Assembly: GCA_050246755.1 (NCBI GenBank)
Contig: JBFWVL010000001.1
Location: forward strand, 1,824,001 to 1,888,000
From: Bacteriovoracia bacterium
Lineage (GTDB): Bacteria; Bdellovibrionota; UBA1018; CAIPTA01
Length of the DNA: 64,000 bases
Direction: 5' to 3'
Part shown: piece after piece, positions 18,438 through 27,254 of the stretch
Layout: each line of letters begins with the position of its first letter
Position numbering within the stretch: position 1 is the stretch's first letter
Notes under the pieces: generated by a model
What the model saw: the letters and a program-made list of their open reading frames with translations, nothing else
Database searches by the model: none
Told to the model about the DNA's origin: nothing
Position numbers and translations under genes: made by a program

Positions 18438-19220
18438 CTACCTTGTACCGGCTGGCTTCACCACTTCGCCGAGGAAGCGCATGATATCCGTGGGGAAAGG
18501 GAAAATAATCGTATGCGTGCCGGGCTGGCCGCTTACCTCTTTGAGTGTTTGCAGGTAACGGAGCGCCAGCGTGGAAGAGTTCCGGCTCATTTCCACCGCG
18601 GCTTCGGCGAGCTGCTTGGCAGCCTGGAATTCCCCTTCGGCGGCGATCACCTTCGCACGGCGCTCGCGCTCGGCTTCCGCCTGGCGGGCCATCGCTCGCT
18701 GCATTTCGGGCGGAAGATCGATCTGCTTCACTTCCACGTGGCTCACCTTGATTCCCCATGGCTCGGTCTGCTGATCGAGGATCGCCTGGAGTTTCACGTT
18801 CAGGGTTTCGCGGGCGGAGAGCAATTCGTCGAGCTCCACTTGGCCAAGCACCGAGCGCAGCGTGGTTTGGGAAAGCTGCGAAGTGGCGAACAGATAATTC
18901 TCGATCGCGATCACGCTTTTCAGCGGGTCCACCACGCGGAAGTAAATCACCGCGTTCACCTTGAGAGTCACGTTATCGCGGGTGATCACGTCTTGGGGAG
19001 GAACGTCGAAGGTAACCGTACGCAGGTCCACGCGGCTCATGCGGTCCATGATCGGAATCAAGATCATTAGCCCCGGGCCTTTAGGTTCCGGCAGGGCGCG
19101 TCCGAGACGAAAGATCACTGCTCGCTCGTACTCGTTCAATACTTTTACGGAGCTGAATAAAAAACCCAGCACGATGATTACGAATATTCCGCCGCCGGGC
19201 AGAAGATTGATGATTTCCAT
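18438..19220 (-). CDS. SPFH/stomatin (slipin) protein
   Basis: [26 protein letters not shown] and [15 protein letters not shown]. Confidence 0.93.
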   Translation of the reverse strand: MEIINLLPGGGIFVIIVLGFLFSSVKVLNEYERAVIFRLGRALPEPKGPGLMILIPIMDRMSRVDLRTVTFDVPPQDVITRDNVTLKVNAVIYFRVVDPLKSVIAIENYLFATSQLSQTTLRSVLGQVELDELLSARETLNVKLQAILDQQTEPWGIKVSHVEVKQIDLPPEMQRAMARQAEAERERRAKVIAAEGEFQAAKQLAEAAVEMSRNSSTLALRYLQTLKEVSGQPGTHTIIFPFPTDIMRFLGEVVKPAGTR

Positions 19221-19222
19221 TT

Positions 19223-20497
19223 TTACGTTCTCCTTTGTAGTGTCACTTTTAAGCCTTGTACCGCGATAACTTTTGCTTGGTCTCCGGGGGATAGCGGATC
19301 GTCCGACTCGAACTGCCAGAGCTCGCCGTTCACATAGGCCGTGCCGTTTTTGCCCTCGACCGTGACCACCGAAGCTTCCGCGTCCCGCATGCGATCGATG
19401 GGAAGGCCTTGGAGGCGGCGGTCCCGCAAAATAAGGTAGGTAATCGCGCCCGCCACCACCGCCACCGCGGCCACGAGCGCGAGGAGCATAGGCAGAGGAA
19501 TTCTCTGGGCGCTGCTTGCGGGATCCACGAGGAAGAGCCCGCCGAGGAAGAGAGCGGCTACCGCCGCCACCGAAAGCAAGCCGTAACTGGTAACGAAAAT
19601 TTCCGCGATCAGGAGCACGAAGCCAAACGAGAAGAGCATGGCCCCGCCGGTATTAATCGGCAGCATCTGCATGCTCACGAACGCCAGGATGAAGCAGAAA
19701 ATTCCGATCACGGCCGGAGCGATGAGCGTGAAGCCCGCCGAAACTTCCGCATAGAAAGCGACTCCGCCCACCGTCATTAGGATGGCGCTGATGCTAGGGT
19801 CGGCGATGAAGTGCAGGAAGGACTGCTTCGTGTTCATCTCCCGGCGCACGAGGCCGGTGGCGCCGAGGCCGGAGGTACGTAAGGTAATCTCCCGGTCGGG
19901 ATTTTGCAGTTTTACTTTATGTCCCTCGAGTTTGCGCAGGAGATCTTCGGTATCGGCTGCGATGAGATCCACCACGCCCGCCTTCAGCGCTTCGTCGGCA
20001 GAAAAAGAGACGCTCTTGGTCACGAAGGTTTCCGCGGCTTCGGGTTTCCGTCCGCGAAGTTCGGCCTGGGCCCGGGCGAGGGCGGCCGTATCGTTCAGTA
20101 CTTTGCGGCCCAGCTCGCCCTTCACGTCTTCGCCTTGGCCGCCCACCGGATGGGCCGCGCCGATATTCGTGCCGGGAGCCATGGCCGCCACGTGCGCGGA
20201 GATCGTGATTAGGGCCCCGGCGCTGGCGGCGCCCGCTCCTCCCGGAGCCACGAACACGATCACGGGAATCTTCGAGGAAGAAAAGCTCTGGATGATATCG
20301 CGGGTGCTCGAGAGCAATCCGCCCGGAGTATCGAGCCGGAGCAGGAGAGCCTGGGCATTTTCTTTTTGGGCCGCCGCGAGCGATTCTAAGATGTACGCGG
20401 CGCTGCCGGGGTTGATCGAGCCGTGCAGCTCGAGAAAATGAACAGGCCCCGCGGCTTGGCCGAAGGTGGAAAAAAATAGGGAGAGAAAAAGAATCAT
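19223..20497 (-). CDS. nfeD: NfeD (long form, ClpP-class serine protease)
   Basis: LDTPGG, AASAG and [12 protein letters not shown], a TM block, and a C-terminal OB-fold VNGELW. Lies upstream of SPFH. Start at 20497 overlaps the upstream stop. Confidence 0.9.
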   Translation of the reverse strand: MILFLSLFFSTFGQAAGPVHFLELHGSINPGSAAYILESLAAAQKENAQALLLRLDTPGGLLSSTRDIIQSFSSSKIPVIVFVAPGGAGAASAGALITISAHVAAMAPGTNIGAAHPVGGQGEDVKGELGRKVLNDTAALARAQAELRGRKPEAAETFVTKSVSFSADEALKAGVVDLIAADTEDLLRKLEGHKVKLQNPDREITLRTSGLGATGLVRREMNTKQSFLHFIADPSISAILMTVGGVAFYAEVSAGFTLIAPAVIGIFCFILAFVSMQMLPINTGGAMLFSFGFVLLIAEIFVTSYGLLSVAAVAALFLGGLFLVDPASSAQRIPLPMLLALVAAVAVVAGAITYLILRDRRLQGLPIDRMRDAEASVVTVEGKNGTAYVNGELWQFESDDPLSPGDQAKVIAVQGLKVTLQRRT

Positions 20498-21165
20498 GCG
20501 CGGTTCTCCAGCATCTTCATCACGGACTGGAGGTCTTCCCAAGCCTCTTTCTTTTTGGCCGGGGAGTGCAGTAAATCGCGGGGGTGGTGAGTGCAGATCA
20601 CCCGTTTACCGTTCCATTCAAATTCTTGTTTGCGCAGAACTCGAAGCGGAGATTCGGAGCGAGCAATGGCCTGAGCCGCGCGTTCGCCCATGGCCACCAG
20701 GATGGGAGCATTCACCCATTGCAGCTGCATCTTCAGGTGGCGCTCACACGCGTCGAACAGAGAATTATCCACGCTTTGTCCTACCGGCGGGTGGCACTTG
20801 AAGGCGTTGGTGAGGTAAGCCTCTTCCGGCTTTACCTTCATCGCCAGGATCATCTTGTTCAGCAACGCGCCGGCTTCATCGGAAAAAGGCTCGCCGGTTT
20901 CGTTATCGCTGTCGGATGGGAAGTCTCCCACGAATGCCACCCGTGCCTCCGGGCTTCCTCGTCCAAATACAGATTGTTTACGGCCGATATGGAGCACGCA
21001 GGCTTGGCAAAAGCGAACCTCCTCGGCGTAACCCTGTAAGCTGAGCGCGCCGTTTGGCTGAGCCTGGGCATTTCCCTCGAGGGAAAAGAAGGGGAAATCG
21101 AGTAAATCTCCGTAGAGATTCTCGAGGGTATGCGCGGCGGATTGCGCCCAATCTTGCTGATTCAT
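20494..21165 (-). CDS. Uracil-DNA glycosylase family 4-like protein with altered active-site motifs
   Basis: Fe-S Cys pattern CQAC..KC..AC, VFGRG and YLTN. Motif A reads GDFPS and motif B reads HHPRDLL. Confidence 0.8.
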   Translation of the reverse strand: MNQQDWAQSAAHTLENLYGDLLDFPFFSLEGNAQAQPNGALSLQGYAEEVRFCQACVLHIGRKQSVFGRGSPEARVAFVGDFPSDSDNETGEPFSDEAGALLNKMILAMKVKPEEAYLTNAFKCHPPVGQSVDNSLFDACERHLKMQLQWVNAPILVAMGERAAQAIARSESPLRVLRKQEFEWNGKRVICTHHPRDLLHSPAKKKEAWEDLQSVMKMLENRA

Positions 21166-21293
21166 GGGGCTGACTCTAGGGCTGGATCGATAGCGAAGCA
21201 AGCCTAACCGGCAGCCCGGTAAGAGCGCCGCATTAAAGGCGATTTCTAACTCGCGCCGTGTAAAACCGACTTATTACCTCCAGTGAAAAAGCT

Positions 21294-21320
21294 TCAACTG
21301 TTTCACGAAGTTTCCGAAGA
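21294..21320 (+). promoter_or_regulatory. Putative sigma28 (FliA) promoter
   Basis: TCAA-N15-TCCGAAGA. Confidence 0.4.
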
Positions 21321-21359
21321 GATACATGTAGCCACTAGGCATCACGGAGGATGACGGCA

Positions 21360-21608
21360 ATGGATAAGAAACAAGAAGAAAATTTTGAAGAAGACGTAGA
21401 GGCTGCGGAACCTGAAAATTTCGTGCCCTACCAGAACCCTACCGCCAATGCCGACGAAGCGTTGCGCCTCTTAGAGGGTTGCCCGATTTGCGGCTGCAAG
21501 CTGCATTTCACCAACTTTACCGATTTTGCCCGCATGGTTTCCCACGAAGTTGTCCGCTGCGACGACTGCGGATACCGCGCCAAAAAAGATATGATGCAAT
21601 TGCAATAG
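21360..21608 (+). CDS. Small acidic Zn-ribbon protein
   Basis: SD GGAGG, with CPICG and CDDCG pairs. Confidence 0.75.
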   Translation: MDKKQEENFEEDVEAAEPENFVPYQNPTANADEALRLLEGCPICGCKLHFTNFTDFARMVSHEVVRCDDCGYRAKKDMMQLQ

Positions 21609-21688
21609 ACGAAGACCTGTTTCCTGCGGTGAGAGGCCTGGCGAAAGCTGGGTCTTTTGCATTTCTGCTTTACGGTACCGAACCGGCT

Positions 21689-21696
21689 GTCGATAA
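21689..21696 (+). promoter_or_regulatory. Sigma28-like -10 element 6 nt before the ATG (leaderless)
   Basis: GTCGATAA matches GCCGATAA at 7/8 positions. The -35 is weak. Confidence 0.5.
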
Positions 21697-21702
21697 GCCT
21701 CT

Positions 21703-22104
21703 ATGGGAATTTCCCTTTTCGTTCTGCTACTGAATGCTTGCTTCGCGAAGGCCGACTCTTCGGCCGAAATCGTACGTTATCTCGGCACCGCCGGCGCTTT
21801 CGGGCAGCAGTCCATTTCCCTTCTCTGCGCCGACGGCGCGAAAAAGTGCCGGATCAAGGAAATGAAGAACGCGGAAGTTCTCGGCCAGGCGGAACTAGAA
21901 AGCGCCGAGGCGGAAAAAATCCTCGGCGAATTTAAAAGCGGGGTGGGTAAATCTTTCGCCGCCGTTTCTAATCCGGCGTTGAGCTGGAGCCTGCATTACC
22001 GGGGCGAAAATTTATTCGGGAGCGTTTCGCGAAAATTCGGTAACTCCGCCGCCACTCCTTCCTTGATGAAGCTGGAGCTCGAGCTCCGGAGCAGGCTGAA
22101 ATGA
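21703..22104 (+). CDS. Secreted hypothetical protein
   Basis: Signal peptide ending AKA. Its stop overlaps the next ATG. Confidence 0.7.
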   Translation: MGISLFVLLLNACFAKADSSAEIVRYLGTAGAFGQQSISLLCADGAKKCRIKEMKNAEVLGQAELESAEAEKILGEFKSGVGKSFAAVSNPALSWSLHYRGENLFGSVSRKFGNSAATPSLMKLELELRSRLK

Positions 22105-23456
22105 TCGCGTTGCTGCTATTTCTTTCCGCCTTCGCACAGGCCCAGAGCAGCTATGATCCCAATGAGCTGCTCCAGGCGGCCAGGCTCGAAGCAACTCTCT
22201 CCTGCGATCTCGATACCGCACCTCCCGCCGCGGAGGAGCCTATGTGCCAGGGCACCTTCGAATCGCTGTGCGGCCAGGAGCCCTCGCGCACCGCGCTCAC
22301 GGCGGGCGATTTCCGGAAAAAGTATTTCGGCGAGGCTCATTGGCAGAGCTTGCAGGATTTATCGCGGCGGATTTTGGCCGCCGGCCAAGACCGCAAAGAG
22401 AAAAAAGCAGCTTTGGCCACCTACACTCAAATCGTGCGCGCGGTGCAGGCCCAGGTTGGCGCAGCGGCCGCCGAAAATGGCATTCCGCCCGGCGCGATCA
22501 AGCGGCAGCTAGAGGAGGTGAAGGCCGACTTCGTGAAACGGCTGCGCGCTTATCCTCAATTCAAAAACCTTCGGTATACGCAGAAGAAAATCGCGGCCAT
22601 CCAGCTTTTCGATGCCGATTCTTTAGCGGGCGCGGAGGCGGAGGATATCGAAGATTTTTATCGCTCCTGCGGCGTGGATGGGCTGATGACCCAGGCCTAC
22701 TATAATCCCGACCTCAACCGGGTGGTGCTTTGCCCGGGATACGTGCTGGAAAACCTGAGGCCCGAAGGAGTGCGGGGGATGACCTTTCTCTTCGGCCACG
22801 AGATCGGGCACGCGGCGGATCCCCTGGAGATGGACACGTTAAGCACGGACGCCCAGCCCTATAGCTACCTTGCTCGCTACCAGAATTTTCTTTCCTGCCT
22901 CACCGAAAATTACAAGGATGAATTTCGTTCGATTGAAGACGCCAAGGCGAAAGTTCTCGGCGTGACGAAGCCGGGACTGGAAGCTTGTGAGCTGAAATTA
23001 AAAAAAGAGGGCGCTTCCGCGGAGGATATTTTTAGCGTGAGATCCCAGCTCGACCGCTTGCCCGCGGCGGTAGAGGAATTCGACGCTCAGCTGAAGGAAT
23101 ACCATGCGAACGGGAAAGGCGGCGATCCAGTTTTCAGCCATTCGGGGGAGCTAGCCGCCGATTTCATGGGCTCGGAGGCCAGCGGAAACCTGCTATGGAA
23201 AGTCAGCCCCGCCGAGCGCCCCGCGATCGCACGTTCCCAGGTTGCCTTCTTTTGCCAGATCGACGAGACGAAGAAAAAAGTTTCCGATCTTTGCGGGCAA
23301 GATGCTTCCCCGGTTGCCGAAGTGGGCGACGATGGCTCGCATCCCCGCTTCCGTTTCCGGATCGAGTTTTTCCTGCGCAATCCCAGAATTCGCGCCGCGC
23401 TCGGGTGCACGTCGGTTTCCGCCAAACCCTGGTGCTCGCTCTATGGGAAAAAGTGA
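22101..23456 (+). CDS. Secreted divergent M13 (neprilysin-like) zinc metallopeptidase
   Basis: QAYYNP..NRVVLCPG, GHEIGH, ELAAD (ExxxD) and SHP..FR. Cys-rich with a signal peptide. Confidence 0.75.
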   Translation: MIALLLFLSAFAQAQSSYDPNELLQAARLEATLSCDLDTAPPAAEEPMCQGTFESLCGQEPSRTALTAGDFRKKYFGEAHWQSLQDLSRRILAAGQDRKEKKAALATYTQIVRAVQAQVGAAAAENGIPPGAIKRQLEEVKADFVKRLRAYPQFKNLRYTQKKIAAIQLFDADSLAGAEAEDIEDFYRSCGVDGLMTQAYYNPDLNRVVLCPGYVLENLRPEGVRGMTFLFGHEIGHAADPLEMDTLSTDAQPYSYLARYQNFLSCLTENYKDEFRSIEDAKAKVLGVTKPGLEACELKLKKEGASAEDIFSVRSQLDRLPAAVEEFDAQLKEYHANGKGGDPVFSHSGELAADFMGSEASGNLLWKVSPAERPAIARSQVAFFCQIDETKKKVSDLCGQDASPVAEVGDDGSHPRFRFRIEFFLRNPRIRAALGCTSVSAKPWCSLYGKK

Positions 23457-23481
23457 TGCGGTGGTTAGCCGCGGCGAACTT

Positions 23482-25449
23482 TTAAAAATTCTTTCTCTGC
23501 TGCCGCTGGAAATTTACCGCGAACCGGTGCGCCTCATCGCGTACCCTCTGCAATAAATGCGTAACTGGAGAATCCGGCGCGAGCACGATCGGGTTCATGC
23601 GGCCCGGCTTGAAAATCCTCTCGAAACCGCGGATCAGCTCGCGGTTATCCAGTTTTAGCGAAGCCCTCTGCTCCAAAATTTCTTCCGCGGCTGGATCGGC
23701 CACTTCCGGCATCTCGGCCCCCGTGCCCGGCATATTCTGCACGGCTTCGATCCCTTCGGCCGTTGGATTATCGCCCGCCGCCCGCGCCGCGGCCTCCGCC
23801 GCCTTTTGCGCCCGCCGCTCGGCGAGCATTTCGTCCATGTCCACGGCCTTGGCTTTGGCGAGTGCTACGAGGTCGATGCCGGTCACGTTCAGTTCTTTGA
23901 TCACTTCCACCGCCATCGAGAGCTGGCCCTTGCCTCCGTCTACGATCAGGAGATCGGGCGGTTCCTCGAAGTTCTTCGCGTCGTCGAGGGTTTTCACGAG
24001 GCGGCGCTCGATCACTTCGCGCATGGCCGCAAAATCATTCTGGGTATTGGTGGAGCGGATCTTGTAGTGGCGGTAGAGGGATTTATCGGGTTTTCCCTCG
24101 ATGAAGGTTACCCGCGAAGCCACGATGCCCGTATCGCCTAAGTTGGAAATATCGTAGCACTCGATGCGGCGGGGATAGTTTTCCAAACGCAGTTTCGCCT
24201 TCAGGTCGGCGAGCACGCGGTAGATCGAGCCCTTCTCGCGCTGGCGTTCGTCGAAGGCGTTTTCGGCATTTTTTTCGCCGAGGAGAAGCATCTCGTGCTT
24301 GGCGCCTTTTTGGGGAAGGGTAACGGTGATCTTGTGGTTCAATTCCTGAAAGGATTGTACCAGCACGTCGAGATCGGGAAAATCGAAGGGGAGCAGCAGC
24401 TCTTCCGGCCAGCTTTTTCCTTCGGCGCCCGGAAAGGCGAAGGCGCCGGTGGGAGCTTTGCTTTCTTCTTCCTCAGGATCCAGGCGATCGGCAGTGAGGT
24501 AGAACTGCGCGAGGAATTGCGAAAGAATTTCTTCGTCGGAACGGCCTTCGAGGTCGTCGAAGTGGAAGGTGGCCGAATCCACGAGGTTCCCCCCGCGCAC
24601 GAATAATAGCGCAATCGAGGCGGCGTCCGGCTTGCGGTACCAGCCCACCACGTCGCGGTTCACGCCCTCGCGGTGGCCGCGCTCCACCGTGGACCCGTCT
24701 TTACGGCGGCTGATCGTGTCCTGGAGGGAAGTAATTTGGTCCCGCACCCGGGCGGCCTGCTCGAACTCTTCGAGCGCGGAGTATTTTTCCATTTCGTCGG
24801 AAAGCTGCTGGATGGCTTCTTTGCTGTAACCCTTCAGCACTTGAAGCGCGCGTTCCACATCTTTGCGATAGTTCTCCGGGGTGATTTGGGCGGTGCAGGG
24901 CGCGGAGCAAATTCCGATTTGGTAGTTGATGCAGGGACGGGAGCGATTGGCGAATTCGGAGTCGCTGCAGTCGCGCAGGCGAAAAATCCGGTTCAAAGTG
25001 CGCACGGCCGAGCGGAGAGAGTAGGAGGACGCGAAGGGCCCGTAGAGCGAAACGTTTTTCTTTTTCTTGGGTCGCCTTACGTAAAGCACTTTGGGGAAGG
25101 TATGGCCTTCGTCCACCATCACGTAAGGATAGGATTTGTCGTCCTTGAGCATGATATTGTAGCGGGGCTTATGCTTCTTGATTAGAATGCTCTCGAGGAT
25201 CAGGGCCTCGGCTTCGGTCTGGGTAAGGATCACGTCGAAGGAATGCACCTTCTGCACGAGGGCGCGGGTCTTAGGCTCGTCGATATTGGGCCGGAAGTAG
25301 GAGCTCACGCGGTGCTGGAGGCTCTTGGCTTTGCCGATATAGAGAATCTTCGAATCCTTATCGAGCATGCGGTATACGCCGGGGCCTTCGGTGGTATTCC
25401 GGGCTTTGTCCTGAAGGACGATTAGGCGTTGCTCGTAGGCGCTGCTCAT
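23482..25449 (-). CDS. uvrC: Excinuclease ABC subunit C (no C-terminal HhH domain)
   Basis: GIY-YIG (PGVYRM..LYIGKA), Cys-rich region, UVR, and RNase H-like CYDISN, VDGGKGQ and RDEAHRFA. Confidence 0.95.
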   Translation of the reverse strand: MSSAYEQRLIVLQDKARNTTEGPGVYRMLDKDSKILYIGKAKSLQHRVSSYFRPNIDEPKTRALVQKVHSFDVILTQTEAEALILESILIKKHKPRYNIMLKDDKSYPYVMVDEGHTFPKVLYVRRPKKKKNVSLYGPFASSYSLRSAVRTLNRIFRLRDCSDSEFANRSRPCINYQIGICSAPCTAQITPENYRKDVERALQVLKGYSKEAIQQLSDEMEKYSALEEFEQAARVRDQITSLQDTISRRKDGSTVERGHREGVNRDVVGWYRKPDAASIALLFVRGGNLVDSATFHFDDLEGRSDEEILSQFLAQFYLTADRLDPEEEESKAPTGAFAFPGAEGKSWPEELLLPFDFPDLDVLVQSFQELNHKITVTLPQKGAKHEMLLLGEKNAENAFDERQREKGSIYRVLADLKAKLRLENYPRRIECYDISNLGDTGIVASRVTFIEGKPDKSLYRHYKIRSTNTQNDFAAMREVIERRLVKTLDDAKNFEEPPDLLIVDGGKGQLSMAVEVIKELNVTGIDLVALAKAKAVDMDEMLAERRAQKAAEAAARAAGDNPTAEGIEAVQNMPGTGAEMPEVADPAAEEILEQRASLKLDNRELIRGFERIFKPGRMNPIVLAPDSPVTHLLQRVRDEAHRFAVNFQRQQRKNF

Positions 25450-25594
25450 GAAATCAAACACTCCTAAGTCTGACGGATTCTCTCTTGGAGATTCTACAGC
25501 CTAACTGCCCCAAATTCTCGGCAAGCTTTAACGCGCCGCGCACTAGCCCGCAAAGCGCTCTCGCTGTATAGTGCTTTTCACACACAGGAGCTCT

Positions 25595-26029
25595 ATGCCA
25601 GTCGGTGAAGAAATTATTTGTTTTTGCTCGTCCTGCAAACTCGATTTGCGCCACGTGATCGTTGCGCACAAATCGGGAAATTCCGGGCCGATCTCGAAAG
25701 TACGCTGCAATACCTGCAAGAAAATCCACGCGTACCGCAATAATCCGGCGCATACGGCCTCCGCTTCCACCCGCACCCGCAAAGAATCCTCCCCTAGGGA
25801 AAAAGTTCAGGTAATTCCCATTGAAGTAGAATGGCGCGAGCAATTGCGCTCCAACGAAAATAAGCCTTCGGTAAAGTACGCGCCCACGGGAGAGTTCAAG
25901 GTGGGGGACGTGATCGATCATCCCACCTTCGGCTGCGGGATCGTGCGCTCCATGAAAGACGCGAATAAATTTGAAGTGCTTTTCCAGCGTGACGTAAAAA
26001 CGCTGGTGCACAAACTGAAAGAGGACTGA
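25595..26029 (+). CDS. Zn-ribbon + Tudor/SH3-like (UvrD/PcrA C-terminal-like) protein
   Basis: SD AGGAG. CSSC and CNTC pairs. C-terminus FKVGDVIDHPTFGCGIV...FEVLF..DVKTL. Confidence 0.8.
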   Translation: MPVGEEIICFCSSCKLDLRHVIVAHKSGNSGPISKVRCNTCKKIHAYRNNPAHTASASTRTRKESSPREKVQVIPIEVEWREQLRSNENKPSVKYAPTGEFKVGDVIDHPTFGCGIVRSMKDANKFEVLFQRDVKTLVHKLKED

Positions 26030-26030
26030 T

Positions 26031-27221
26031 ATGTCGGAAATTATCACCGAGACTCAGAAGCCAGGAACCGTAACGTATCCCACCTATACGGTGCCGGATC
26101 ATATCTTGAACCGCTTTCCGAAAGCTCCCCGCTCGATCTGGGCCGGGGCCGCCGAGAAGGACTGGAATAACTGGATCTGGCAGCAGCAACAACGCGTACG
26201 CAACCTCGAGGGCCTCGAGAAGGTGATCAAAGTTACCGACGATGAGCGTAAGGCCTACGAAGGATCCGTGGAGATGTTCAATATGAGCATCACTCCTTAC
26301 TATGCTTCGCTGATGGATCCTGATAATCCGAATTGCCCAATCCGTTTGCAAGCCGTGCCGAAATTAGGCGAGCTGCATATTTCTCCCGAAGATTTGGAAG
26401 ATCCCCTGGCCGAGGAGCGCGATATGCCGGTGCCCGGGCTCACGCACCGCTATCCCGACCGTGTACTGTTCTACACCACCCACAACTGCGCGATGTACTG
26501 CCGCTTTTGCACGAGGAAGCGCAAGGTTTCCGATCCGGGCTCGGCCGCGCAGACCAAGCAGCTCGACGGCGCGCTCGAGTATATCCGTAATCACAAAGAG
26601 ATCCGCGACGTGGTGATCTCCGGGGGCGACCCGCTCTCGAACTCCGACGAGCGCCTCGATTATATCTTGAGCTCGCTCCGCGCGATGCCTCATATCGAGA
26701 TGTTCCGCATGGGAACGCGTAACCTCGTTACGCTCCCCCAGCGCATCACCGACGATTTCATCTATATGCTACGCAAGCACCACCCGGTGTACGTGAATAC
26801 CCACTTCAACCACCCCAAGGAGTGCACCCGCGAAGCCTACGATGCTTGCCGCCGTCTGGCGGACGCCGGGGTTCCGATTTCCAATCAGGCCGTATTGCTC
26901 AAGGGCGTGAACGACGATCCGAAGATCTTCAAAGAGCTGAACCACAAGCTCCTGATGATGCGTGTTCGTCCTTACTATATTTATCAGTGCGATCTTTCGC
27001 AGGGGATTTCCCACTTCCGCACTCCGATCGAGAAGGGCCTTGAGATCATTGAGAACCTCCGTGGCTGGACTTCTGGTCTCGCGGTTCCTCACCTCGTGAT
27101 CGATGCTCCGGGCGGCGGCGGAAAAATCCCGATCATGCCCCAGTACTTGCTGAAAAAAGAAGGCAAGAAGGTAACGCTGAGAAACTTCCGTAAGGAAGAA
27201 TTCACCTATATCGAGCCGTAG
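26031..27221 (+). CDS. kamA: KamA-family radical SAM enzyme (lysine 2,3-aminomutase-like)
   Basis: THRYPDRVL, CAMYCRFCTR, SGGDPL, HFNHP, YYIYQCD and DAPGGGGKIP (PLP Lys). Confidence 0.9.
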   Translation: MSEIITETQKPGTVTYPTYTVPDHILNRFPKAPRSIWAGAAEKDWNNWIWQQQQRVRNLEGLEKVIKVTDDERKAYEGSVEMFNMSITPYYASLMDPDNPNCPIRLQAVPKLGELHISPEDLEDPLAEERDMPVPGLTHRYPDRVLFYTTHNCAMYCRFCTRKRKVSDPGSAAQTKQLDGALEYIRNHKEIRDVVISGGDPLSNSDERLDYILSSLRAMPHIEMFRMGTRNLVTLPQRITDDFIYMLRKHHPVYVNTHFNHPKECTREAYDACRRLADAGVPISNQAVLLKGVNDDPKIFKELNHKLLMMRVRPYYIYQCDLSQGISHFRTPIEKGLEIIENLRGWTSGLAVPHLVIDAPGGGGKIPIMPQYLLKKEGKKVTLRNFRKEEFTYIEP

Positions 27222-27254
27222 GCTTGTTACTTCCGCTGCGGAAGGAATGGCGCG

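Noticed and set aside
20494-21165. UdgX (covalent uracil-binding enzyme)
   Set aside because: There is no KRRIH R-loop.
23640-23860. UvrC insert as an intein
   Set aside because: It is a low-complexity Ala/Glu segment with no N-terminal Cys/Ser or His-Asn splice motifs.
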